Shown here: positions 1 to 12,135 of the stretch, piece by piece
Layout of the letters: each line of letters begins with the position of its first letter
Numbering within the stretch: the stretch's first letter is position 1
From: Nemertoderma westbladi
Taxonomy: Eukaryota; Animalia; Xenacoelomorpha
Reading direction: 5' to 3'
DNA length: 64,000 bases
Assembly (NCBI GenBank): GCA_032718475.1
Contig: JAUCBJ010002880.1
Span: 7,959-71,958 of the forward strand
Made by a program: the position numbers and the translations under genes
The notes under the pieces: generated by a model
Databases searched by the model: none
The model's input: the letters and a program-made list of their open reading frames with translations, nothing else
Told to the model about the DNA's origin: nothing

Positions 1-339
1 GGTCCTGGATGGTCTGGCTGCCTGAGGTCTGTAGTTCCTGTAGTTAATTTTTAGGCCTACCACTCCACTACTGCATTAAAGGTACAGCACTATCAATCCA
101 TAATTTGCCAATTTAAGGGAATTAACAGATTAAGCAATGTCAGAATGTGGTAATATTGCTCTTGCTGTCTTGCTTAGGGAAATTCGATTATTGTTTTGCT
201 TAGAAAAGTCCACCAACTATCTGACAGCTGCATGTAACCTGTTCCTTTCCCCTAATTTGTACCCATATGACAGTATGATGGGAAAAAAGTCATGCACATA
301 CAGTAAACTAAAAATAGGCTACCAAAGTAATCCCAAAAT

Positions 340-822
340 TGATGAAAATTTCACCAAAAAAAATTATTTTATACCAAATTAAATAATGTGACCCCAATAA
401 AATTATTCAACACCAAATAAAATTAAGTCACCCCAAATAAAATTATTCAAACACCAAAATAAAATTTTCAAAACCAAAAAAATGATTCAACACCAAAACC
501 AATTATTAAATACCAAAGTAAATAAATGCTCCCCAAAACCAATTATTAGCACCAAAATAAATGACAAAACCCCCAAAATAATTACAAATTTTCCCTAAAC
601 AGATAGATACATTTTCCCCCAAAACAAATACATTTTAGACCAAAATAAATACATTTTAGACCAAAATAAATACATTTTCCCCCAAAACAAATACATTTTC
701 CCCCAAAACAAATTCATTTTAGCCCAAAATAAATACATTTTCCCCCAAAACAAATACATTTTAGCCTAAAACAAATACATTTTCGCACAAAATAAATACA
801 TTTTCCCCCAAAACAAATACTA
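340..822. repeat. Degenerate ~20-22 bp AT-rich tandem repeat (CCCCAAAA(C/T)AAATACATTTT-like)
   Basis: Repeated ccccaaaa/accaaaa...aaatacatttt units, clearest at 610-820. Confidence 0.7.
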
Positions 823-1426
823 TAACTACTGCAGCAATAGGCCTTGCACTTCCTGGAAGTTAGACAAAAACTTCAGTACTGCCGTAATAGGGCAATTCCA
901 TCGTTACGGACTCACATTCATACACAATTTTCGAAATTAATTGGCATATTTAATTAACAACTTTACAATATAAATAACAATTAGCTATGGTGGCTCATGG
1001 ATTAATGGTACATCTTTACTTTGACTTATAAAAAAGTGTTGCATCTCATTTGATTCGTAGTATATTGTAAATATAGTACCCGTTACGGACTCACATGCAA
1101 ATGGACAAAGAAAAATTGCCCAATTTTCTTTTGACAAATTTTCTTGAAATGTTTAACGCCATACGTAATAACTTTCACAATGTGAAGTAGATACATCAAA
1201 TTTTGTAAATTTGTAAGTTAATAGCAGAAACATATGGTGGTAAACCTCATTTATAGAGAAATTGTTCGTTACGGACTCACAGAAAAAAATGTTACGGACT
1301 CACACTTGAAATCGTTATGCGCTCGTTATACAGTATTGTTTAGAAAAAAAGAGCAACGACCAATGAATGTTTATGGTGTATATTCAATAAATATCTTTAT
1401 TACTTATATACCTTTCACAATGTACC

Positions 1427-2235
1427 TTAAGGGGGGGGGGGGGGGGGGGTTCACCCCCAGTCTTTTTTTTCATCATATTTTTTTTGAATGTGTTTTCCGA
1501 TGTGAAATTTTATGGTAATTCCGAATCTGAAATCAGTTTTTCGATAAGGTATTTTGTTCTCGAGTTATGGCAACTTTTGTAATTTTCACCCAAAATTTCA
1601 AATTTTTAAATTTTGGTGCAGCATCACATTTGACACCAAAAATTACCATCAAACACCCATAAATGTGCAAATATTTTGCCATTTTCGGAATCAGCGCCTA
1701 AAATTAGCCTATAGGTATCAAAACCACGAAAGTAGATTATATTTGAAAAATTTGAAAAAATTTTCACTTTTGGAGCATGTTTGGTCAGTTGTTATCAGGA
1801 TGAAATTTAAATGTCATTTTTCTCGCATTGGCTTTTTTTGGGACACTTTTTCTATCTACTTTTTAACTACTCAACGGATTTTCGTTCTGTTTGCAGAATT
1901 ATGTAGAGGAATATTCGCCGCAAAAATTGAATAGACAGAATTTTGAAATTTTTTTTCAAAAAAAGTTATGGCATTTTTTGTGCAAAAAATCGCTAAATTT
2001 TGGATTTTTTAGATTTTTCGGTATTTTTAAACGAAAAATGCTATAACTTTTTTTTAAAGCAAAATTTCAAAATTCTGTCTATTCAATTTTTGCGGCGAAT
2101 ATTCCTCTACATAATTCTGCAAACAGAACGAAAATCCGTTCAGTAGTTAAAAAGTAGATAGAGAAAGTGTCCCAAAAAAGCCAATGCGAGAAAAATGACA
2201 TTTAAATTTCATCCTGATAACAACTGACCAAACAT
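1427..2235. mobile_element. Foldback/MITE-like element starting at TTAA-G-run, with ~200 bp inverted arms; right arm truncated
   Basis: 1777-~1979 is the near-perfect reverse complement of ~2034-2235 (e.g. GAATATTCGCCGCAAAAATTGAATAGACAG / CTGTCTATTCAATTTTTGCGGCGAATATTC). The left end begins TTAAGGGGG. Confidence 0.65.
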
Positions 2236-2504
2236 TATTAGATAGATATATATTTAGTAGTGTTCATGAAGATATAAGGTACATCATATCTATGAGATTG
2301 AGTAGGCATATTTGGTGTGTGTACTGTATAGTAGTGTATATTTAATATCCTATAAGTTCATATGACCATAATTTGTTAAAATGACCAATATCTAGTTCTT
2401 TAACAACATAAATACCACGTTCACCGAAAATATTTTATACTGGAAAATACATTTTGAACAGTATTTCGTTGTATTTATGATTTAACTATCACTGTACTTA
2501 AGTT

Positions 2505-2790
2505 ATTCCACCTTGGCGTAGTTGGTTAAATCGGTGGCATTGAAATTACATCTCTCCTTGGGTCGTGGGTTCGATCCCATCATGGGGGCTAGGGTAGTTA
2601 TCGTTTCGGCACGAATACTTTAAAGACAATAAAGAGACTTATTAGGCAGGGCGCATCTCTTCCTTCCGTAAATGGTAGCTAAATGAGAACTGGAGTTTCC
2701 TCTGAGGAATATAGGTCTGGGGGGACCGCACTGGAAATAATTATTAAGTCTTTGTGCGTATTCCCTGACCTAACGGACAATTTTTTTGTA
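2505..2790 (+). mobile_element. tRNA-derived SINE
   Basis: Pol III A box TGGCGTAGTTGG (2514-2525) and B box GGTTCGATCCC (2568-2578) at tRNA-like spacing, followed by a ~200 bp non-tRNA body ending in a T-run. No clean cloverleaf. Confidence 0.6.
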
Positions 2791-3899
2791 TCACAATCCA
2801 TCATTCGTCACTCGTTTCATGAAATCTTGGCGAACTTCAAGGCTATCTATCATTCTATACCACCTTGGTCAGTAATTTCTGTCATCCGTGATATATGCCG
2901 TTTGGCCCTTTCGGCACCAGAAATGTGAGTATTAGACGTAAGAGACAGGATTAAACGGGCGCAATGAAGAATGTCGTACATTAGGATGATGTATGAATGA
3001 ATACGTTCGAATGTACTGTCGATGAACAATTGTCAGACTAATAGGAACTGAATACTTTCAGTTTATATAGTGAATAATGTATACAAAGCAGAATGATTCT
3101 TACCTAACCTACCGCGTGGTGAGTCCGTAACGGAAAATTTGTGAGTCCGTAACGCTGTTCTTAAACGTTTCAGCTGCAATACAGAACATACTGTAGATAC
3201 CTAATGGATGGTTTTGATTAGTTGTAAACCCAAAGGAAAATGATTGTCAGTGCAATACACATGCGGGGTGTACTCCAAATTAAAATTTAAGTACTTTTCG
3301 TTACGGACTCACATAATTCTGTAGGCCAAATCTAAAATTTTTAAAACTTTGAATACACAATGCTACGCTGTCAATATTCAAATTTTTATCATCCATAGCT
3401 TCAAATGAATGTTGAATTTTCGGTTGGTGTAAATTACCTGTCTTATTCCGACAATTTCAATGGTAGTACTGTAAGATTATGTCAAAAATGACATGGATTA
3501 ATTTCTACAAATTTGAAAATACGTAAAAAAATTTCCTCATATTGAATGGTGAAAAACCAGTTGTTACCCTCAAGAATATTAAAAATCCGTCACTTTTATT
3601 AAAAAATTCATTCTTTCTCGTCATTTTGATACCAAAATTATGCTGATTACATGACTTTTTATTTTCGACATAAGTGTTACATCAATGGTGTAATTGCCCA
3701 ATACTGAAACCTAATAACAGGAAAAGTAATAGATAGGCAATAGGCCTATAGGTACGAATACTGAAACTGAAGTACTGTAGGCCTAATACTGTAGGTACAT
3801 CGGTACGAAACCTAATAACATAATACATTGTTCTGAAGGCAATAGGCCTATCAGTACGAATACTGCATGCGCCCATGTGAAGAATACTAGGATTTACTA

Positions 3900-4260
3900 T
3901 AACATATTTGGTGCTGGAATAATTTTTTTTGGTTGACAAGGAATTATTTTTGGGGGATGAATAATTGTTTTTGGGGGTAGAATAATTGTTTTTTTGGGGA
4001 ATAATAATTGTTTTTGGGGGATGAATACCGGTAATTGTTTTTGGGGAATCAATAATAAATTGTATTTGGGGGACGAATTATTGTTTTTGGGGGATGAATA
4101 ATTGTTTGTGGGGGATGAATAATTGTTTGGTTTTGGTGAGAGGGATATTTAATATTGGGGGATGTGAATTGGTGCTACAAAAAAATATATTTGTTGGAAA
4201 ATAATTTATTTTAATGTTAAATCATCTAATTTGGGGTGGCATTCAATTAGTGGCGCTAAA
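3900..4260. repeat. Degenerate ~22 bp tandem repeat (TTGTTTTTGGGGGATGAATAA), roughly the reverse complement of the 340-822 array
   Basis: Units such as ttttgggggatgaataattg repeated at 3950-4130. Confidence 0.65.
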
Positions 4261-4988
4261 AATATAACGACAAACTACAGAACTATGGTTGTTACTGTAG
4301 GGTTGATCTATCAGTCTATGCCTACTTAGAATATATAGACTATACTGTAGGTGATAAGGATAGGATTTAAACACGATTTAACACGGTACCGGTAATAGTT
4401 TAAAATAATATGTAAGTTAATGATAGGTCATGAACCGAATGTAATTCCTGGTGATACAAACATACATTGGAGACTTCCTTAAATAACTACTGTAGGTCAT
4501 TAGCCGTAAATAATGTACAGTAGTACGGCACTTACAGAACAACTTTCCGATTTTTAGTCACTATAACTCCACTCTACCATTAATAAACACTTTTGAATTC
4601 TTTATTTTTTAACGTTATTCTTCCCCTCGCCAATTCCATTTAACAGTAAAATACTTATTTTCATAACTTGTTTAATTTTTACTTCGATTTAACTTAATCT
4701 CTCTTTTCACCACTTTACTTACAGCTAACTCATCTCACACGTATTTATTCATCGGGACCCTTATGGAAACCCGGTCTACCGCATAAGGATATGTTGTAAA
4801 AAAAATAAAATATTTGTATAAAATCAAATCTTTTAAAACCTACAATAATATGTATTTCTTTTTTCTCTTGTTTTAACAGTGAACGGTTGTAAAACGTCTT
4901 AATAAACATAATTGGTGCAACTACTACTGTACAGTATAAATTTAATTTGAGCTTGATTTTTAATTAATTTGTTAATAATAATATCTTT

Positions 4989-7215
4989 TACTACTACTAC
5001 TACTACTACTAGGTCGAACGAACACGGACATTGGAAATGAGATCCTTACAGGCTTCCCGATTCTCCATAGTTGTCACAATTTCGTTTCTCTCAAGATCAG
5101 TATCCCTTTCAAGTTGATCTATATATGATATGGCCGGTCGTCCACGACTACGCTTTCCATGAGTTGGTTGCCAGATAAGTAGATCTGGTATGACTTCGTC
5201 TTTACTTCTCCAGCAGCAGCAGTGCCCACTGAATCATAATCTGCGTTCACGGAGGGTGGTTGATACAGGTGGTATTGTACCATAAAGCTCGGCGTTTGTC
5301 ATGTGTTGTCTCCAGCTGATGTTTAGGGCTGCCCTTAGTAGTCTTGTGTAGCAACCATCAATTCGGTGTTCAAATTAGTTCCTAACTTCTATGTCCTTTT
5401 TGCTACTCTCTATCCATGACCCAAAAGGTACTGGAAGTCGTCGACCTTCCTTAGTTGATAATTATCAATTGTTGTCAAGTTTCTCTTAACCTTAAATGTC
5501 ATGAATTCGGTCTTTGTACCATTTATATGCAATCCAACCTCCTTAGCAGCTGTATCATGCATATAAGTGTGGAGGCCCAACAGATATAGTCAGCGCTTCT
5601 CCACAGCCCAGACGAGTGCGAGCAGCTCCAGCTCCACCATCACGTACCAGGATTCAGTGTCGGTGACGAACCGAGATCCGCACTCGACGAGTCGCCAGGA
5701 GTGGCGCTGGAGCAGCGCGTATCCGAGGCCGTGTAATCGCAAGGCGTCCGTCTCCTTCACACTGCGCCATGTATCATGCATATATCGCATATAATATATG
5801 GTACCGGTACACCAACTACAGTAGGGCCGTGGCTTCATGTAGGCCGCGGTGTACAGTACTACAGCAAGAGAACCTAAAGACAAAAAAATTCGCCTAGCGC
5901 CATCTACAGGTAGCAAGACGTAATAAATCGTAATAAAATAAAGGCGCAATTACAAATAGTAATGGCGCCAATGTGTCACCTTGCAGCACGCCAGCCAGGA
6001 TTGAGAAGAACTCAGTTTCACCATCTGGTAAGAGTACCTGGGCTTCTGTGTCACAATATAATAATCCAATGCCAGCCACAATTACCTCTCGTATTCCATA
6101 AGCTCTTAGAATTTCCAGCATTTTACCTCTATGGATTGAGTCGAATGCTTTCTATGTCAGGTCTAATTCTATATAGAATCATTTTGTTGTATATTTTGGT
6201 TGCTACCACAATCATACAGATCCCACGATAGTTTGTTGGTACACCGAGGTCTCCTTTCTTAGGGGGAATTGGTGGTGGTTTTTCCCCTTTCAGCATCCGA
6301 TTGCAAACAACCAATACTGGTCTTTTTAGCACTCCTGGTTTCCATACCTCCACTGGGATTTCATCTAATCCACTCGATTTATGATTGGACATGGTTTTAA
6401 TGCTTCTTTGGAGTTCCGCAGGTGTGAAGTCCCCTGTTTCTATAGTTAGCGTCTCGTCATATATTTTCCTTGTAGGGCTGACCTCGATGTTTGGTGGCTG
6501 CCCAAGCAAGTTGCTGAAGTGATATTTCCATTTCCCAACACGTTCTTAAGGACTATCAGCTTTGAGGCGCTTTGAGACGGAAACGTCAAACTTCTACTGT
6601 GTAAGCATCCTTTATTGCATTGTCAGTTCTGAGTTTCTCCCAGTCATAGTTGATTCGCTTGCTTGTCATGGGTTTGCTGGCTCTCAAACTGAGTCAGATC
6701 TCTGCAGTCACAATTCTGTTGTGAGAACCAATTAGGTTGAACGAACTGTATGCCTCGCAGTTAATCATGCTGTTTCTCCACTTTTTGTATATAAGGATGT
6801 AATCCAGTTGTGCTTTGGTTCTATTAGGGTATTGAAAGGTCCATCCCTTACTCTTTTCGAATGTGGTGTTTGTTGTTATCAATTCACATTCTTCCTTTAT
6901 GTCTACGAGTAAGCACCAATTTCTGTTCGAACTGGTGTTATAGGTGTAACCCTTGATGTCTTCTGGGCCAATTTGAGCATTCTGGTCACCACCAATAACT
7001 TTGACGTTGTGTTTCGGAAATTTCCTTTAGAAGTCCAGTCAGATCTTCATAAAACTTGACTGCTTGTTCTGGCTCTGAGGCATTGGTTGGACCGTTTATA
7101 GATTCGTGCAAATCGGCTTAGCAGAATTCCTAACTCCACCAATTGATGCATTGGCCGAATTTCTTACTGCTGAGCTTGTTACTTACGTCCATCCATTTCC
7201 AATGTCATTTCCAAT
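4989..7215 (-). mobile_element. Degenerate RTE-type LINE, copy A (APE and RT fragments)
   Basis: (TAG)n tail on the - strand at 4989-5012. ORF fragments WTFQYPNRTKAQLDYIL (APE), PKKGDLGVPTNYRGI and GVLQGDTLAPLLFVI (RT). Contains frameshifts and internal deletions. Confidence 0.85.
5566..5769 (-). mobile_element. Isolated Ty3/Gypsy RNase H fragment flanked by 15 bp direct repeats
   Basis: ETDALRLHGLGYALLQ..WRLVECGSRFVTDTESWYVMVELELLALVWAV aligns with the RNase H of the Gypsy ORF at 61.5 kb (ETDASRTKGLGFALLQ..CGSRFLKDCETRYAVIELEALAIQWAI). TGTATCATGCATATA occurs at 5551-5565 and 5770-5784. Confidence 0.8.
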
Positions 7216-7404
7216 ATCTTTTAGCAGTCTTTAATTTTAATATTCAGATTTTCAGAGTCAGTAATTTTTAATTTGGTAACAATATATTTTTTAGGGGTCC
7301 GACAAATTAATTTTTTAGCAGCTTTAAACATTTTTGATTCTTTACTATGCATATTTTATTTAATTTGACTTTATCCCACCACCACATCATCAGGATATTA
7401 CTGT

Positions 7405-7547
7405 AAGTTCGCCTAAATTGGAACTAGATTTGCCAAAATTGGAACTAAATTCATTTCCATTGGCAGATTGGAACTAAATTCGCCAAAATTGGAACTAAAT
7501 TCGCCAAAATTGGAACTAAATCCTTTTCCATTGGAACTAAATTCGCA
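7405..7547. repeat. Short 20 bp tandem repeat (AATTGGAACTAAATTCGCCA)
   Basis: About 6 imperfect copies of ttggaactaaattcgccaaaa. Confidence 0.75.
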
Positions 7548-7689
7548 TGAGGCATAATTTGAAACTTAGTACGGGAAATCTTTCAATTGGCCTACAATTA
7601 TTTTTTTCAATGTATTTTTGTAGCTAGCAAAAAGAACGAGCTAAATAAATTAAAGCTAAAACTAAATCCTTATAAACAAAAAGTGGAGA

Positions 7690-8370
7690 AACAGTATGAT
7701 CAACTGCGAGGCATACAGCTCGTTCAACCTAATTGGTTCGGACCACAGAATTGTGACTGCAGAGATCAGACTCAGTTTGAGAGCCAGCAAACCCAGGACA
7801 AGCAAGCAAATCAACTATGACTGGGAGAAAATCAGAACTGACAATGCAGTAAAGGATGCTTACACAGTAGAAGTTCAAAACCGCTTTGAAGCACTTCAGT
7901 CAATGGATGAAGACCAGTCCACCGATTCAATATACCAGAATATAATAACAGCCCACAAGGAATCAGCTAAGTGGCATATCCCCCAGAATCCCAAACGAAA
8001 ACAATATGTGCCATGGCAAAACTCTGAGGTTACTTGTAAGAGAGAAGATCTTAAGATAGCCTACAAAGTAAAAACCGAACAACAAACAACCGAAAACATT
8101 AACAAGGTGGAGAAAGCTAAGGACGATCTTAAATTGCCTACAACATCAGCCAGGAAACGTACATACAGGATAAAATTGAAGCAATTACAACTGCTCACAT
8201 ACAGCAACAATCAAGACTTACCTGGCAAACTGTAAATGAGGTATCTGGTCGGAAAAGTTGTGCAAAGGGGCGCCTCAAAGCCGATAGTCCTGAAGAACGT
8301 GTTGGGAAGTGGAAAAATCACTTCAGCAACTTGCTTGGGCAGCCACCAAAACATCGAGGTCAGCCCTACA
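7690..8370 (+). mobile_element. RTE-type LINE fragment, copy B (same family as copy A, opposite orientation)
   Basis: MINCEAYSSFNLIGSDHRIVTAEI is near-identical to copy A (6694-6790, - strand). 8270-8370 matches ~6470-6570 in reverse complement. Confidence 0.85.
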
Positions 8371-8508
8371 AACTGAAACTGTGAGAACTGTGAAACTGCT
8401 AGACAGCTAGACTATTAATAAAGTCCTGAAGTCAGACAGTTACCGGTAATATGTTAAAATGTCTGACTAATCGACACAACCTGCCGGCGACAGGCAGACA
8501 GGTACCGG

Positions 8509-11500
8509 TACTACTACTACTAGGATCGGCATGCTGCATTGCAGGAGGACAGTAGGTAGGGTCAGGATGGAGGCCCCCAAAGAGGAATGAGCATAGTGTC
8601 TGCTGACAAGAGTACTGATAAGAGTGTCTGGTTGGAGATGTGTGCATTGTACTTGACACAATGAACCCGGCGTAGCATTCTTGTGAATGTGCCATCTAGA
8701 GATTTGGTGTCCTCAGCAGTTAGAGTCCAGCATGGGCTCCCATAGATGAGTACTGGAACTAATGCTGCTCTAAATAATCGGACCTTAAATTTCCAATTAA
8801 TTCTCGGTGACTTCCAAATCCTAGAAAGCCTATTCAAGGCTGCCCATGCCTTTCCCTTATGAATTTGAAGGTCCTCACCTGACTTACGGATCCATGATCC
8901 CAGGTAACAGAAGTCGTCCACATGCTCACCTTTATTTGAGCTTGAGCTTATGCTCATCCGGTCAGAGACTTGCTGAGGACTTTCAAAGTTAACTGTCAAA
9001 ATTTTGGTCTTTCTGGCAGTCTGGAGTTATTAATAAAAAGACCAACACTAGAAGCAGCCTGTTCTAATGAGCTGAGGAGCCATTGAGCTCCCTCTAGTGA
9101 TTCTGAGAGTACTCCAAACTCATCAACAAAGTCTAGATTAGTTAGGTACTTGGAAGGATTTCCTCGACTTCTGGAGCCAGATGGTGGAGTCATCATCACC
9201 ACATCATCATTATGATGATCTATGGACATGCGTAGAACATAGTCAACCACAATTATGAACAAGAATGGTGCAATAAGTGTGTCTCCCTGGAGGACGCCCC
9301 ATAACACTTCAATGGTTCTGTGTCACCGTCAACAGTAGACAAAAGTGTTGTGGAACCATCGTATACTGATCTGATCGCTGCATTTCTGAACAAAACCATA
9401 ATATTACATCTCTGATTGCTGCAATCATTTCATCAGGAATCCCATATAATGAAAGTATGCTGAACATACATGAGCGAGAGACTGAATCAAAGGCCTTTAA
9501 GAAGTCAACAAAGATATCAGATGCCTGTCTTTCTTTTTTGATAACTCTTAAATTATCCTTCTAACTGTCTTAAGTGCCATAATAGGCTCCATGGTCCCAC
9601 GACCTTTATGGAACCCATTCTGATTTCCACGGAGCAGTCTCTCAATGGGATCCCTGATGCGATTTAATAGAATTCTATTGTATAGCTTTGCAGCAATCGA
9701 GTCGAGATCAATGAGATTCCCCGAAAAGAACCATGCATAGAGTGTTAGGTTGCCCTTCTTGGGAACTGGCACGAACATATTTGTTTTCATTTCTTGTGGG
9801 ACTCTTGTTGTTCGGTACATGACTACTATGATGGGATAGATGAGCTTTAAACACTCAGGTATTTTAAAGACCTCAGGGGGAACACCATCTACTCCACTGG
9901 TACGATTGGTCTTAGTGCTCTTTGCAGCAGCCTTCACTTCTGCAAAAGAGATATCGCCAAGGGGAATATCTGGGAGTACAGACTCAGACACTTTTACTTC
10001 TATAAAGTTATCAGGCAATACCCTGTCATTATTGATGAGCTTTTCAAAGTGGGCCTTCCAACCATTGAGGCGATCGGCTGGTGATTCAGCCTTAACCTTG
10101 GTGGTTGGTTGGCTTTTCCGCCCAGTAGGCAAGTTGATCGATTTCCATACCTGGGATGATTGCCTGCTGTCGTCAGCATCATTGATGGCATCAACCTGTT
10201 GGTTTATAGCTCCTGTAGATTAACAGAGTACTGCCTGTTCAGGGACCTAGATGCAGCATTAACTGCATTCTTGAGCCGCTGTCAGGCTGTAGTCTGTTTG
10301 AGTCGGGACTCTTTCTGTGCCTTATAGAGGTCATTTCGGCACTTCTGAATTTTGTGGGCAGTCCAGGGGGCCCTTTTCCTGTTTCAAGGGTAGGCCCTAT
10401 ACAGGAACTGTTTCTGCAGCTGCTAACTTAACTGCTTCTGTGAAGCCAGTATAGCCCTCGCAGTGATCTGCTGCCTCAGAGGCAAGAACCTCATACCTGT
10501 TGCTCAGCTGTAGAGTGATGCTGGATCTCACACTTGCAACTTGGCTGTTGCAACAGGAGAGGACCATAAGTCATGCCGCAGCAAGGCATATTTCATTGTT
10601 CTGCTAGCAAGCAGACAAATAAGTCTTACCTTGGCCACAATAATACAGTGATCACTGGATAAGGGTCGAAGTGTAAATGCCCTACGAAACAGAATATGGT
10701 CTATCTGGGACTTGTGACCACTGGGTCCACTATGAGTCCATCTCCATTAACATTGGAGGTGTTTCATTGGTTCCCCCAAGCTTGACACTAGAACAAAATC
10801 GCCTCCGCTTTGCAGGACATTGCTTTCGCCGTGAGGACCAGCCAGTGCATAATCTTGTACTTTGGCAGCCTCATGGAGTGAATAAGCATGGTGGACAGCC
10901 CATGACTTTCTTGAGACGCATCTTAAAGGACACTGGCCTTAAAGATGCGGATGATCTAGCAAATGTCATGGGTGATAGGGAGTTGTGGCGGTGCAATTTT
11001 GTTGGCAAACCGGCACAGCATTCTTAAAAATGCAGCTGCAATGCAGCATGCCGATCCTAGTAGTAGTAGTATCTCCATAGCTTTCCAGTCTGCCAGTTCG
11101 CTTCTTGAACTGGTTCCAGCCGAAAATAATCCATTTCCAGAGATAAAATCCTGAAGATGGACGGAATTTCGGTTTAACACTATTATTGCTATTATAGACC
11201 CAGGACGATGATGTAAGTGATTGATGCAGACTTGCATTAAAGTCCCCCAGGAATGTTAAGAATGCATGCTGATCCACTCCATCAGTAGCTGCTTGTAGAT
11301 TGTGGTAGAAATTTTCCTCCTCCTCTACAGGGGCAACACTAGTTGGAGAGTAGCACACAATCAGAACCACCTTAGGAAACTTCTTAGCCAGTCTTCCAGA
11401 ACATGAGAAGTGGCAATGGATGTTGCGGTTAGAGATTTGGTCTATTTTGTCCAATGCTTCATGTGCAGTTGGATTCATCTGTAGACCAATTCCACCATTG

Positions 11501-11710
11501 CCAGTTGCCACTACAACCACTATCATCTGTTGATGCGAGGGCGAGTCGCCAACCGCCCCCCCCATGTCCTTAATCAGAACCTCATCAGTCTGTCCAGTCT
11601 GCATTCGGTGCTCTTGAACACCCACTGTGCTAAGAGAAAGCTTATCTGCCAAGGCAGCCAGCTCACCTTGTCGCATTGCATTGGGGACCCGAGTGTTAGG
11701 GTGTTAACTG
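8509..11710 (-). mobile_element. Near full-length degenerate RTE-type LINE, copy C (second family)
   Basis: APE motifs VGVQEHR, VCYSPTS, FLGDFNA and SQIDHIL. RT motifs VPVPKKGNL, QNGFHKGRGT, GVLQGDTLIAPFLF, LDFVDE and FCYLGSWI. (TAG)n tail at 8509-8523. Multiple frameshifts. Confidence 0.9.
10748..11070 (+). mobile_element. 5'-truncated RTE 3' end nested inside the copy C endonuclease region
   Basis: RLRFAGHCFRREDQPVHNLVLW...GDRELWR plus 3' UTR and (TAG)n tail. Target-site duplication ATCTCCAT at 10740-10747 and 11071-11078. Confidence 0.85.
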
Positions 11711-12027
11711 ACTGACTGAGGCTAGTCTAGTGACTTTCCTCAGATTCGGTAAAGACTGACCTTGGAATTATTGTCAGATTATCTTCTCAGTAGTAATATG
11801 GTACCGGTAATGAACTCTTTACTTCACATGTTACCGGTCAACCGGTTACCGGTAGATATTAATTTGTAGGCCTACACAGGACATAGAGACAGCAGCACAG
11901 GAAACAGGCTGACAGCGACAGGCCGTATGCGTACAGCCTACAGCCGTACTGACAATCTTGAATGTGGAAGGAGGAACGGACACCAGCAGGCAGCATATAG
12001 CTGTATAGGCCTAATGCTGTAGGCCTA

Positions 12028-12135
12028 ATGGATATGGAAGATGACGGAGATTCTTTTGTGTTGCCGAGCGGAGAAGACACATCCGATAAACGACGGAAGT
12101 CGAACAGACGGAGTGCTGGTATTACGAGAAATAAG
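12028..12135 (+). CDS. DIDO1: Candidate coding exon 1 (MDMEDDGDSFVLPSGEDTSDKRRKSNRRSAGITRNK)
   Basis: ATG at 12028, 36 open codons, donor AAG|GTCAGG in phase 0, matching exon 2. No conserved domain to confirm it. Confidence 0.55.

Larger units (their letters stand above)
888..3701. mobile_element. Putative non-autonomous DNA transposon with subterminal repeats, carrying nested insertions
   Basis: Imperfect terminal inverted repeats: TAGGGCAATTCCA (888-900) vs TGTAATTGCCCAA (ends 3701). Motif CGTTACGGACTCAC at 902, 1081, 1267, 1291 and 3299, inverted at 3119 and 3141. No transposase ORF. Superfamily not determined. Confidence 0.5.

Noticed and set aside
2505-2590. Functional tRNA gene
   Set aside because: A and B boxes are present but there is no convincing acceptor or anticodon stem, and it continues into a SINE-like body.
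137-3939. Short ORFs in the first 4 kb
   Set aside because: Low-complexity translations of AT-rich transposon and SINE sequence; no domains or splice-consistent structure.
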